Shown: piece by piece, positions 47,600 through 56,536 of the stretch
Numbering within the stretch: the first letter of the stretch is position 1
How the letters are laid out: every line of letters starts with the position of its first letter
Assembly: GCA_965219445.1 (NCBI GenBank)
Contig: CBDCNQ010000004.1
Coordinates: 800,001 to 864,000 of the forward strand
DNA from: Longimicrobiales bacterium
GTDB lineage: Bacteria; Gemmatimonadota; Gemmatimonadetes; Longimicrobiales; Gaopeijiaceae
Direction: 5' to 3'
DNA length: 64,000 nt
The notes under the pieces: model-generated
Told to the model about the DNA's origin: nothing
The model's database searches: none
Seen by the model: the letters and a program-made list of their open reading frames with translations, nothing else
Position numbers and translations under genes: made by a program

Positions 47600-49186
47600 A
47601 TGCAAATTCTTCGATACTCCACTCTCGGCCCGCTGCTCGCCCTTGTGTCGGTGCTGACCACCACGTCGACTACTCAAGCTCAGAGTTATGACGTCATCAT
47701 TCGAAACGGGAGAGTGATCGACGGAACCGGCAACCCCTGGTTCCGGGCCGACGTGGCCTTGGACGGCGACCGAATCGGGGCCATCGGAGATCTCGCGGCA
47801 GCCACGGCGGGGCGTGAGATCGACGCCACAGGACTGTATGTGACGCCGGGCTTCATCGATGCCCACTCTCACGCGGGGCCTGGCCTGGCCACGGTGGGAC
47901 TGAGCCACGCAGAGCCCTTGCTGGTACAGGGCCTCACGACAGTGGTGATCAATCCGGACGGCGGAGGCCCCGTGGACCTGGCTCGCCAGAGGAACCAGCT
48001 CCTCCGAGAGGGCCTCGGTGTAAACACTGCGCAGTTGGTGCCCCACGGCTCGATTCGACGGCTCCTTTTGCGAGCCGAAGATCGCGCGCCCACGCCTGCG
48101 GAGATGGAAGAGATGCGCGGCTTGGTGCGAAGGGGCATGGAGGAAGGCGCCTACGGCTTGTCGTCGGGGACGTTCTACGTTCCGGGGAGCTACTCGGATC
48201 CGGACGAGATCGTCGACTTGGCGAGGGTGGTGGCCACGTTTGGCGGGGCTTATACGAGTCATATCCGCGACGAATCCGACTACAGCGTCGGACTCATAGC
48301 GTCGGTAGAGGAGGTGATCGACGTCGCCCGCAGGGCCGGCATTCCAAGCGTGATCACTCATGTCAAAGCAATGGGCCCGCGAGTATGGGGGTTCGGAGCC
48401 GCCGTCACCCAGAGGATCGAAGCGGCCCGGGAAGAGGGCATCGAGGTCTACACCGATCAGTACCCCTACGCGGCGTCCTCCACCAGTCTCAGCGCGGCCC
48501 TTCTCCCCCGATGGTCCCAGGCTGGTGGCAACGATTCGCTCATGGCGCGGTTCGACCGTCCTGGGGTCATGGCTGACATCCGCACCGCAATGGTTGAAAG
48601 TCTGGACCGGAGGAGTGGCGCGGATCGTATCCAGTTCCGACGAGTCCGCTTCGATGAATCGATCGAGGGGCGACTCCTATCAGCCCTCGCGAGCGAGCGC
48701 GGTGAGGATCCGATCGACACGGCGATCGATCTTCTCCGACGGGGGGGGGTGAGCATCATCTCCCATAACATGCACGACGACGACGTCAGGACGCTGATGA
48801 CTCCCTCCTGGAACATGACGGCTTCCGATGGTGGTCTCGTACCCTGGATGGAAGGCGTTCCTCATCCCAGATCCTACGGGACGTTTCCCAGAAAAATCCG
48901 CCAATACGTGCTGGAGGAGGGGATCGTGGACCTCGCCTCTGCCATCCGGAGCATGACGGGACTCCCCGCGCAGGTCTTACGCATTTCCGATCGGGGCGTG
49001 CTGCGCGCGGGAGCCTACGCCGACGTCGCGGTCTTCGATCTCTCGCTCTTGAACGACCCCGCGACCTTCACCGAGCCCCATCAGCTCGCAGAGGGGATGA
49101 TCGAGGTATTCGTGAACGGAGAGGCCGCCCTCTCCTCTGGCAAGGTCACGGGTACGTTGGCAGGGCGAGCACTTCGGAAGCGCTAG
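47600..49186 (+). CDS. N-acyl-D-amino-acid deacylase family amidohydrolase
   Basis: IIRNGRVIDGTG, PGFIDAHSH, SHIRDE, DQYPY, ASDG, PHPRSYGTFPR. Confidence 0.9.
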   Translation: MQILRYSTLGPLLALVSVLTTTSTTQAQSYDVIIRNGRVIDGTGNPWFRADVALDGDRIGAIGDLAAATAGREIDATGLYVTPGFIDAHSHAGPGLATVGLSHAEPLLVQGLTTVVINPDGGGPVDLARQRNQLLREGLGVNTAQLVPHGSIRRLLLRAEDRAPTPAEMEEMRGLVRRGMEEGAYGLSSGTFYVPGSYSDPDEIVDLARVVATFGGAYTSHIRDESDYSVGLIASVEEVIDVARRAGIPSVITHVKAMGPRVWGFGAAVTQRIEAAREEGIEVYTDQYPYAASSTSLSAALLPRWSQAGGNDSLMARFDRPGVMADIRTAMVESLDRRSGADRIQFRRVRFDESIEGRLLSALASERGEDPIDTAIDLLRRGGVSIISHNMHDDDVRTLMTPSWNMTASDGGLVPWMEGVPHPRSYGTFPRKIRQYVLEEGIVDLASAIRSMTGLPAQVLRISDRGVLRAGAYADVAVFDLSLLNDPATFTEPHQLAEGMIEVFVNGEAALSSGKVTGTLAGRALRKR

Positions 49187-49337
49187 TCGGCCGAAGGCCG
49201 CTCAAAACGCACAGTTTTGTGTGAACGTGGTGCAGCGGCTGAGCGGACTGCTCGACGACTGATGGGAGGAGTAGATAGCGATTCTGAGTTGGATTGGCGC
49301 GCTGGTCGTTCTGCTTTAGTCTGAGCGGCGGTGCGCC

Positions 49338-50000
49338 TCAGGGACCGCTGTTGCCCCTGGTCTGGTAGATCCAAGGCCGCCTGGTGCGATCCCAGCTCCT
49401 CAATGCCCTGGCATCGTCGGCGTGCTCGCGGATCTCTTCCAGGTCGTCCAGACCCTCCAACAGCTTCCTGCGGACCCTGCTATCTACCTCGAAGGAAACG
49501 GGTGCCAGCCCGGGGGCTTGGATCACCTGTCGTTCCAAGTCGACCATCATCTCCACCCCAGGATTCGACTCGGCCCATTCCGCCAACTGTTCGATCACCT
49601 TCATCTCGAGAGGCACTGCCAACAGCCCGTATCGAAACGAGTTGGTGTAGAAGATCGGTCCGAAGCTGGGCGCGATGACCACTCGAATGCCCATGGCCAT
49701 GGGCCACGTGACTCCGCCGGGCCGCGAGCTTCCGGCGCCGAAGTTCCTGCCGGTGAGCATAATCGAAGCGTTGCGATAAGCTTCTTGATTGCTGAAGAAG
49801 TCCGGGTTCTCCGTTCCGTCGGGAAAGTACCGGAGGCCTTCGAAAGCCCGTTCGGCGGGCGTCCCATTTGGAAGTATCCGATTGCCGCTACTCGCTGGGG
49901 CGATGATATCGGTGTTGATATTGTGCTGTAGAAACGGGGCGGGTATGCCGGCATGCCGCACGAAGATCGGAGCGCCTTCTGCGGCCTGCTGGGCGCTCAT
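49338..50000 (-). CDS. leuD: 3-isopropylmalate dehydratase small subunit-like protein
   Basis: [46 protein letters not shown]. Confidence 0.85.
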   Translation of the reverse strand: MSAQQAAEGAPIFVRHAGIPAPFLQHNINTDIIAPASSGNRILPNGTPAERAFEGLRYFPDGTENPDFFSNQEAYRNASIMLTGRNFGAGSSRPGGVTWPMAMGIRVVIAPSFGPIFYTNSFRYGLLAVPLEMKVIEQLAEWAESNPGVEMMVDLERQVIQAPGLAPVSFEVDSRVRRKLLEGLDDLEEIREHADDARALRSWDRTRRPWIYQTRGNSGP

Positions 50001-50210
50001 GCGGGCTCCCCCGACACGAGGCGGCGCACGTCCGTGATCTCACCTGGAATGGCCGCCGCAGCCGCCATCGGCGTGCTGACGAGATGGGTGATGGCACCGT
50101 TACCGTGACGGCCGACGAAGTTGCGATTGAAATTCGACACGGGTGCTCCGGTTGGATGGAGCGGCTTGCCGTTCTGAACCTGCATCCCCCGTCTCCGAAC
50201 TCTTCCACCG
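49997..50210 (-). pseudogene. leuC: C-terminal remnant of a LeuC-type dehydratase large subunit
   Basis: '[38 protein letters not shown]' matches the LeuC C-terminus (STSNRNFEGRQG..THLVSPAMAAAAA.G...DVR); a degenerate 'EFGDGGC...IQPEHPC' lies in another frame upstream; about 400 aa missing. Confidence 0.8.
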
Positions 50211-50239
50211 GTGCTTCTCGCCCGGCGGCCTCTTGCTGC

Positions 50240-51172
50240 CTAATACACCGGCGAGCACTCGCTGCCAGTCACCTCCCCGCGAACCCACGCCGCAAGCGTC
50301 TGCCACTCCGAATTATTCCGGTTCTGCCACCGCCTCACGCCGTTGTGGGCATACGAACCGCCACCGTCCGGGTGCAGGGGCTTCAGCAGGAAGCGACTCC
50401 GCTCGGGATCGCCAGGCACGATCAGTCTCTGGAGCACCTCGAATCCCTGTCGGGCTTCCGCCTCCGTCAACGCGCCACCGCTGGCGCCGACCGGGGCGAA
50501 CCCTGCCGAGCCGCCTGAATGACACGACGTGCACGGGAGCTGCCCGTAATTCCCGACACTGAGCACCTGCGGGTGGACACAGCTGCGATAGAACTGGAAG
50601 TCGACGGCCACCCGCTCGTCGGCAGGCGTGAACTCCGCCGCCGGGAGGGCACGGATCCAGTCGAGTACGACTTGATACTCGGGGTCCTGAGTAGAATCCC
50701 AGTGGTTGCCACCCGTGTGAGGCAGCCCGCCGGCCACCTGCGCCAACGGCTTCAGTAGAAACCTGCTGGACTCTGGGTCGGAGGCATTGACCAGTTGGGT
50801 CACGACCTCGTAGTTCCGGCGAGACTGTTCCTCTGTCCAGGCCCCTCCATCCGATGTTTCGGTCGGCTCCTCGAGGGAGAAACGAACGCTCGTTTGCCAC
50901 ACGTGGCACATGACACATGCGGCCTGGCCGTCGGTCGACCCCGGGTAGCCGCGAGGCCTCAGGAACAGTGGCTCGATGTTCTGCCGGTAGTAGTCGAACG
51001 CAGCCTGTTGCATCGCACCGTCGGTGGACGGCTCCGTGGATGCTTGTAGCGGCTCGGCCAACCCCCAGCCCTCCGAGGTCGGGCCGAGACCAACAAGAAT
51101 GCCGACGCCAGCAATCAGGGAGAAGCCGGCCGCCCATCCCCCCAAACCACGCCCTCTAGTCTTCGGGTTCAT
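50240..51172 (-). CDS. Exported diheme c-type cytochrome with an internally duplicated domain
   Basis: CVMCH and CTSCH; repeated 'PESSRFLLKPL...GG..H.GG..W......EYQ....W' / 'PERSRFLLKPL...GG...H.G...W......EWQ....W'. Confidence 0.8.
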   Translation of the reverse strand: MNPKTRGRGLGGWAAGFSLIAGVGILVGLGPTSEGWGLAEPLQASTEPSTDGAMQQAAFDYYRQNIEPLFLRPRGYPGSTDGQAACVMCHVWQTSVRFSLEEPTETSDGGAWTEEQSRRNYEVVTQLVNASDPESSRFLLKPLAQVAGGLPHTGGNHWDSTQDPEYQVVLDWIRALPAAEFTPADERVAVDFQFYRSCVHPQVLSVGNYGQLPCTSCHSGGSAGFAPVGASGGALTEAEARQGFEVLQRLIVPGDPERSRFLLKPLHPDGGGSYAHNGVRRWQNRNNSEWQTLAAWVRGEVTGSECSPVY

Positions 51173-51243
51173 CCTTGTCACCACCTCATTCGTAGGTCGA
51201 CGCCCCAACTCTGGGCACACACAGCCTGCTCCACCGGAAGAAG

Positions 51244-52359
51244 CTACGGGCCCTGAGTCGTCGTCGTTTTCTCCACACGGTCCAGCGGAAGGACCGCCGT
51301 GTCAATGCGCTTGGGTCCGGCGCCTACGGTCATTTTCCCTATTATCTTGAGCTCCTGGAGGTCGACGGCCACCGTATAGTCAGCGCCCGAGACGGCCACG
51401 TACATGTACCGACTGTCCGGTGTCGGCGTCATCCAGTTCGCTGCCGGCCCCACCTCGACCGCGCCGATGTACTCGAAATCAGGCAGAGACCAACCGTAGA
51501 TTCGGCTATCCAAGCGGCTTGACGCCCAGACTGCGGAGCGATCCGGCAGCACTTCCAAGCCATGCATCGGAGCGCCCTGGTTGGCTTCGGCGCTCTGCTT
51601 CCACGCTGGCAGACGCGGCGGGTAGATGATTTGCTCCGTCTCCCCTGTCTCCCAATCGACCACCCAAAATCCGTTGACCGCGGCGCCTTGCGCCAGAATC
51701 TTGTCCGTCGACCCGTCCTCCGCGGCAAGGAACATCATTGGCCGGACTCGGTGGATCACACCCCTGGCGTCGGGTAGCGAGATTTCCCTCACCACTTCAT
51801 CGGTGCTGGCGTCGATGACCTGAATAGACCCCTCGTTCCGGCCGTTCAAACCGGCAACCACCCACTTTCCATCCGGGCTCACATAGACGTTGTGAATGCC
51901 GGTCGCCACCGGGATGCTCCCAAGCTTCTCGTGGGTGTCTAGATCGAATACGTCGACAAAGGGCGCCCTGGAGATCCCCACGTAGATCTTACGGTTGTAC
52001 TTGTTGTAAGCGGCCTTGTTGGGACGATTCGTGAGCTGGAGCTGCTCGACCAGCTGCAATGTGACCGTATCGAAGACGTCGAGCGTGTTTTCTGTTTCGT
52101 TCGTGCAGTAATAATAGGTCCCATCGGGATGCGAGAAGATATTATGAGCCCGCGGACAGCCCTCTATGTACCCGACGACCTCGTTCAGAGCCGGATCGAT
52201 GACGGCGTGCACGTTTCCGGCATTGTTGCTCTGCAGCATTCGTATCGCGACCCCGTCGTAGGAGTCGAGCCGTTCCACCTTTTGAGCGCCGAGCGGCGAT
52301 CCCGCGAACATCAGCCCCGCCAAAATCGGAAACATTATGGTCGCTCGCGTGCTACGCAT
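51244..52359 (-). CDS. YncE/YVTN-type beta-propeller protein, exported
   Basis: Signal peptide; 'HNVYVSPDGKWV', 'IQVIDASTDEVV', 'TPDSRYMYVA', 'VGAGPKR'. Confidence 0.8.
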   Translation of the reverse strand: MRSTRATIMFPILAGLMFAGSPLGAQKVERLDSYDGVAIRMLQSNNAGNVHAVIDPALNEVVGYIEGCPRAHNIFSHPDGTYYYCTNETENTLDVFDTVTLQLVEQLQLTNRPNKAAYNKYNRKIYVGISRAPFVDVFDLDTHEKLGSIPVATGIHNVYVSPDGKWVVAGLNGRNEGSIQVIDASTDEVVREISLPDARGVIHRVRPMMFLAAEDGSTDKILAQGAAVNGFWVVDWETGETEQIIYPPRLPAWKQSAEANQGAPMHGLEVLPDRSAVWASSRLDSRIYGWSLPDFEYIGAVEVGPAANWMTPTPDSRYMYVAVSGADYTVAVDLQELKIIGKMTVGAGPKRIDTAVLPLDRVEKTTTTQGP

Positions 52360-52517
52360 TGTCACCCCCGGATCGGGAAGTTTGTAGGCTGCCACTCTTC
52401 GGTACACACGGTAGATGCCAGTGCTCCGCAAGGCAAGTGAGCGGTTAAGTGCCTATGACCCAGCGAGCAGATCGAGGCGAGCTCCATCATGAGACCCTTC
52501 CAACGGAGGCCAGGTTG

Positions 52518-53069
52518 ATGAAGCGCCTACTGTTCCCCCCTTTCACCGCAGTTCTTCTGCCGTCCGCCCTGTGCGCCCAATCCGCTGACACAGATATCGA
52601 GCGGACGCTGCTCGCCGCGCCCGCGTCATTGCGTGCCGAGGCGACGATGCTCGAGCTCCGTCCTGACGGCAGCACAGCGGTGCTCCGCGGGGGCAGCAAC
52701 GGCCTGATCTGCTGGGACAATGAAGGCCGTCCCGGTCAAATGGCCCCCCTCGACGTCCAGTGCACCGCCGAAGCCAATCGTACGCGATTGGAGCAGAACC
52801 ATGCTTTCGAGAGCGCTGGAGGGACAGTGGCTGAAATCCTGGCTCGCTTCGAGCGGGCCGAGGCGGACGGAACTCGTGCCTTGTCTGTATGGGGGAGCAT
52901 CTACTACCACGTGTATGGGGACTCCGCCCAGGATTACCGAACCCACACCGTGGTGGCCGTGCCTTACGCCGCCCGAGACCTCGGCTTCCCGGTTGCTCGC
53001 GGTCCGGCCATGCTTTGGCTCATGGAGGCAGGTACGTCCGGAGCGCATCTCATGGTTTCGGGACGATGA
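52518..53069 (+). CDS. Hypothetical exported protein
   Basis: GGAGG then ATG; signal peptide; 'LLAAPASLRAEAT...LRGGSNGLICW...WLMEAGTSGAHLM'. Confidence 0.65.
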   Translation: MKRLLFPPFTAVLLPSALCAQSADTDIERTLLAAPASLRAEATMLELRPDGSTAVLRGGSNGLICWDNEGRPGQMAPLDVQCTAEANRTRLEQNHAFESAGGTVAEILARFERAEADGTRALSVWGSIYYHVYGDSAQDYRTHTVVAVPYAARDLGFPVARGPAMLWLMEAGTSGAHLMVSGR

Positions 53070-53160
53070 GATCCCAACTCCGCTCCCTCTCCTCAGCCAC
53101 CCGTCAGGAACCCTCTCGCCTCGCCGAGCTCCGGCCGGGTGGCCGCGCGATCCATTAGAT

Positions 53161-53207
53161 ACACAAAACGAAACGGCCCCCCGAGCCCAAAGCCTAGGAA
53201 GCCGTTT
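53161..53207 (-). terminator. Putative terminator downstream of tRNA-Asn
   Basis: Minus strand AAACGGCTTCC...GGGGCCGTTT followed by CGTTTTGTGT. Confidence 0.55.
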
Positions 53208-53227
53208 GATTCCTACCTTTTCTTCTA

Positions 53228-53300
53228 CTGGGGCGGGTGGGTTCGAACCACCAACCTCCTGGTTAACAGCCAGGCGCTCTGCCGGTTGAGCTACGCCCCA
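53228..53300 (-). tRNA. tRNA-Asn (GTT), CCA not encoded
   Basis: TGGGGCG TAGCTCAACCGGCAGAGC G CCTGG CTGTTAA CCAGG AGGTT GGTGG TTCGAAC CCACC CGCCCCA G; full cloverleaf. Confidence 0.96.
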
Positions 53301-53376
53301 TTTCAGATACTTCTTCCTGCAACTAAGCCACGAACGCCGACCGGCCGCAAGTGCGCCCGGGCGGACAGGGTTGGTT

Positions 53377-53560
53377 TCACCGCGCCTCCCGAAGTTGCCC
53401 GTGGTCCAAAACGACCTGCAAGATAGTCTCGTCGTCGGCCTGTGTGTAGATGTCCTGCACCATGGCATGGCCCTTCCACCCACCTGCCCGCGCCACATCC
53501 TGCACGGGCAGGTGCTTTCGCTCCGTCGCCCATTTGCGGCGGTAGGCGTGCCAGAGGCTC
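53377..53560 (-). pseudogene. Tyrosine recombinase/integrase C-terminal remnant
   Basis: LWHAYRRKWATERKHLPVQDVARAGGWKGHAMVQDIYTQADDET: H-x-x-R, GGW and catalytic Tyr; N-terminal part absent. Confidence 0.8.
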
Positions 53561-53561
53561 T

Positions 53562-53735
53562 GCACGTGCAGGCCTCCACCGGACCTACGTGGGCAAGGTC
53601 GAACGGGGGGAAGCCGCCACGACGGTGGACAGCATCGCAGCACTGTGCTCCGCGATGGGCACGACGCTTTCGGTATTCTTCGAGTCCTTCAGCCGACCCA
53701 TTGGGCTCCGAGGACCGCGCCGCCGCGGTTCCTAG
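53562..53735 (+). pseudogene. XRE-family HTH regulator C-terminal remnant
   Basis: ARAGLHRTYVGKVERGEAATTVDSIAALCSAMGTTLSVFF; first helices and start codon missing. Confidence 0.75.
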
Positions 53736-53884
53736 GGCATGATGGGACAGCAAGCGGCAGGGGGTTGCGGTCGTGGTTCCGTTGTCACACACACCGAATG
53801 CGATACTGCGAGGCCGCTAGTTCTCCACTTTGCCGACGATCACCACGCCTTCCACGAAGACGCGCAGCCTGGGGATCTGGTGGG

Positions 53885-56536
53885 TCAATCCGGCACGACC
53901 TCTCTCAGCATCTCAAAGAAGTTCAGGACGAGGATGTCTTCGTTGGCTTGGCGTCCCGTATTTAATCGGCCAGCGAGCAGGCGCTGATCGTCGGGTGCTA
54001 GCGAAAAAAGCCTGGCTCCGGTCCCGCCGTAGAATCCGGCCGCGGAGGCAAACGATTCCCGTGATTCAACTACGAACTCCGGGTCGGTGCGCACCGTAGC
54101 TATCATCCGGGAGGCATCGCCGGCCACATAGAAGATTTCCCGTTGGTTACTTGCCCAGATGGGCCTGAGTCCCCCTTCGAGGGAGACCGGTACGCGGCCG
54201 CCTGGGCCTGGGAAGGGGCGAACGTAGGCTTCGTGTCTGCCCGACTCATCGGACTGATAGGCCAGCCAGCGCCCATCAGGTGAAAGGGACGGCGCTAACT
54301 CATTGAAGGGAGTTTCCAAAATGGCGACGGATGTGCTGTCGGGGTGTGGCGCTCCGTAAAACAGGTCGTTTCCTCGCCCACCACCGGCACCCTCACGATA
54401 GACGAGCCACCTCCCGTCAGGCGTCCAGACGACGTCCTCCGGAATCCGCCCAGCTTCTTGAGGATTGCGTAGGAGTCGAGCACTTCCGCTTCCGTCCCAT
54501 GCCTGGGCGTACAGTTCCTCACCGAATCGGTAACCGACTTCGCGTCCATCTGGGCTCCAGAACGGGTCAAACATCCCACCTTCGAAGGTCAGCCGAGAAA
54601 AGGCCCCCCCCTGATCCATGTCGTAGATCCAGATATCCATAGTGGAGGAGCCAACGGGGGCGTGCTCCCACGCCACCCTCCTCCCGTCCGGAGAAATGGT
54701 CGGGGCTCGGAAGGCTCCCGTGAGTCGGGGGTCTAGGACTTCCTCTGACCCGTTCCGACTCACCCATACAGGGATTCCCCCGAGGACCTGGCCTCCTCCG
54801 GGGCGGTACACTAAGCTCCCGGTTTCCGAGAGCGAAAAGTAGCTGCCCAAAGCGGGGATCACTGTGATCCCTTCCAGCAGTGTGCGAGAAGGCCCCGTGA
54901 CCTCGAGGCGGCTCAGGTCAAATGGCGCAGCGAAGAGGGTTCCGTCGGCCGATGCGTACACGATGTGCCCTGAATGTGCGTACCTCGCCATCGTGCCCTG
55001 GAACAGCGGCCGGATCTCTCCAGTCTCGAACGACAGAACTGCGATCCCGCTTTCCGCGGCAGACCCAACGCGTCGGGTGAAGAGAATCCCCCTGCCGTTG
55101 GGGAGCGCCTCGGGGTAGGCCGGATTTGAGTTGTCCAAGCCACCATCCGTAACCTCCTCCTGCTCCCCGCCGTTCGCTGACACGCTCCAAATGCCCAGGC
55201 CCGCCTTTACGAAGTAGAGCCTCCCGTCCCGCCCCCAAGCGAGCCCCAAATTCCCCGCCACCGAATCGGTGACAACGGTCAGAGGGGGAGCGCCCGTGAG
55301 CGAGACGGTCGTGAGACCGCCGTTGAGCGTGAACGCGAGGGACGTTCCGTCTGGTGAGAAGCGTGGACTTCGAGCGTTCTCAGTACCGGAAACGGGAGTA
55401 GGTGCGAGTTGGTCTAGCGGTCGCTGCCAGAGTTGATTTTGCGATGGCTGCCCAGCGACAAAAACGATGCGCGATCCGTCGGGAGAGATATCCAGGTTAA
55501 CGCCTCCCCCGGTACCCCTTAGGAGATCCTCTGGTAAATCGAGCGAGAACCGAATGACGGGCTGTGACGGGTCTGGGCGAAGGAGCGACCAGCCGAGGAC
55601 CAGAGTCAAACCGAGGGCCAGAGCGCCCAGTGCCATCGCCACTGGAGTCCATTGACCTCGACCTACTGACGCACCCGCCGCAGCTTCGTCCCCATACCGG
55701 AAGTGCTCATCCTCCAGCGCCCTTACGAACTCCTGGACCGAACCGAACCGATCCGCCGGCAGCTTTTCCAAGGCGCAACGGACTGCTGCATCGACATTCG
55801 GTGGGACCGACGAGCGATGCTCTGTCGCCGAAACTGGCTTGCCCGCGATGATCTTGCCGAGCACAGCCTGAGTGGTCGTCCCTGGATAGGGCGGCTCACC
55901 CACCAGCATCTCATACAGCACCGAGCCCAGCGCGTACGTATCGGTCGATGATCCTACCGGCTGATCTCCGGTCGCCTGCTCAGGACTCATGTAGTAGGGC
56001 GTGCCCAAGCTGAGGCCGGTCTCTGTTAGGCGGTCGCCTCCGCCGGCACCCACAGCCAGGGCGATCCCGAAGTCCGAGACCACGGGCTCCCCGTCCTGGA
56101 TCAGGATATTGGCGGGCTTGATGTCCCGGTGGATGACATTGTGGCGGTGCGCGTAGTCGAGAGCGTTGGCCACGGCTGTAGCAATACCCACAGCCTCATC
56201 CACCGGGAGCTGCTTCTCGCGTTTGATCCTATCCTTAAGAGTCTCGCCTTCCACGTACGGCATCACATAGAAGAGGAAGCTGTCCACTTCGCCAGAATCG
56301 AAGAGCGGCAGAATATGCGGGTGCTGGAGGTTGGCCGTTGTCTTGATCTCAGCTAGGAAACGCTCGGCACCGACCACGGCGGCGAGTTCGGGCTTGAGGA
56401 CTTTCAGCGCGACCTTGCGCTCGTGCTTGAGGTCGTCGGCCAGGTAAACGGTGGCCATGCCGCCCTCGCCCAGCTCACGCTCAATGGCGTAGCGGCCCTC
56501 TAGAGCCTGGTTGAGACGGGCGACGGGATCGGTCAT
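53885..56536 (-). CDS. Ser/Thr protein kinase with TM segment and C-terminal PD40/TolB-like beta-propellers
   Basis: LGEGGMATVY, VALKVL, HRDIKPAN, DFG, GTPYYMSPEQ; repeated SPDG motifs; ATG overlaps the upstream stop (TGATG). Confidence 0.93.
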   Translation of the reverse strand: MTDPVARLNQALEGRYAIERELGEGGMATVYLADDLKHERKVALKVLKPELAAVVGAERFLAEIKTTANLQHPHILPLFDSGEVDSFLFYVMPYVEGETLKDRIKREKQLPVDEAVGIATAVANALDYAHRHNVIHRDIKPANILIQDGEPVVSDFGIALAVGAGGGDRLTETGLSLGTPYYMSPEQATGDQPVGSSTDTYALGSVLYEMLVGEPPYPGTTTQAVLGKIIAGKPVSATEHRSSVPPNVDAAVRCALEKLPADRFGSVQEFVRALEDEHFRYGDEAAAGASVGRGQWTPVAMALGALALGLTLVLGWSLLRPDPSQPVIRFSLDLPEDLLRGTGGGVNLDISPDGSRIVFVAGQPSQNQLWQRPLDQLAPTPVSGTENARSPRFSPDGTSLAFTLNGGLTTVSLTGAPPLTVVTDSVAGNLGLAWGRDGRLYFVKAGLGIWSVSANGGEQEEVTDGGLDNSNPAYPEALPNGRGILFTRRVGSAAESGIAVLSFETGEIRPLFQGTMARYAHSGHIVYASADGTLFAAPFDLSRLEVTGPSRTLLEGITVIPALGSYFSLSETGSLVYRPGGGQVLGGIPVWVSRNGSEEVLDPRLTGAFRAPTISPDGRRVAWEHAPVGSSTMDIWIYDMDQGGAFSRLTFEGGMFDPFWSPDGREVGYRFGEELYAQAWDGSGSARLLRNPQEAGRIPEDVVWTPDGRWLVYREGAGGGRGNDLFYGAPHPDSTSVAILETPFNELAPSLSPDGRWLAYQSDESGRHEAYVRPFPGPGGRVPVSLEGGLRPIWASNQREIFYVAGDASRMIATVRTDPEFVVESRESFASAAGFYGGTGARLFSLAPDDQRLLAGRLNTGRQANEDILVLNFFEMLREVVPD

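Noticed and set aside
49187..49337. MITE or attC-like element between the deacylase and leuD
   Set aside because: Only an 8-bp inverted match (GCCGCTCA/TGAGCGGC); no target duplication, second copy or attC boxes visible.
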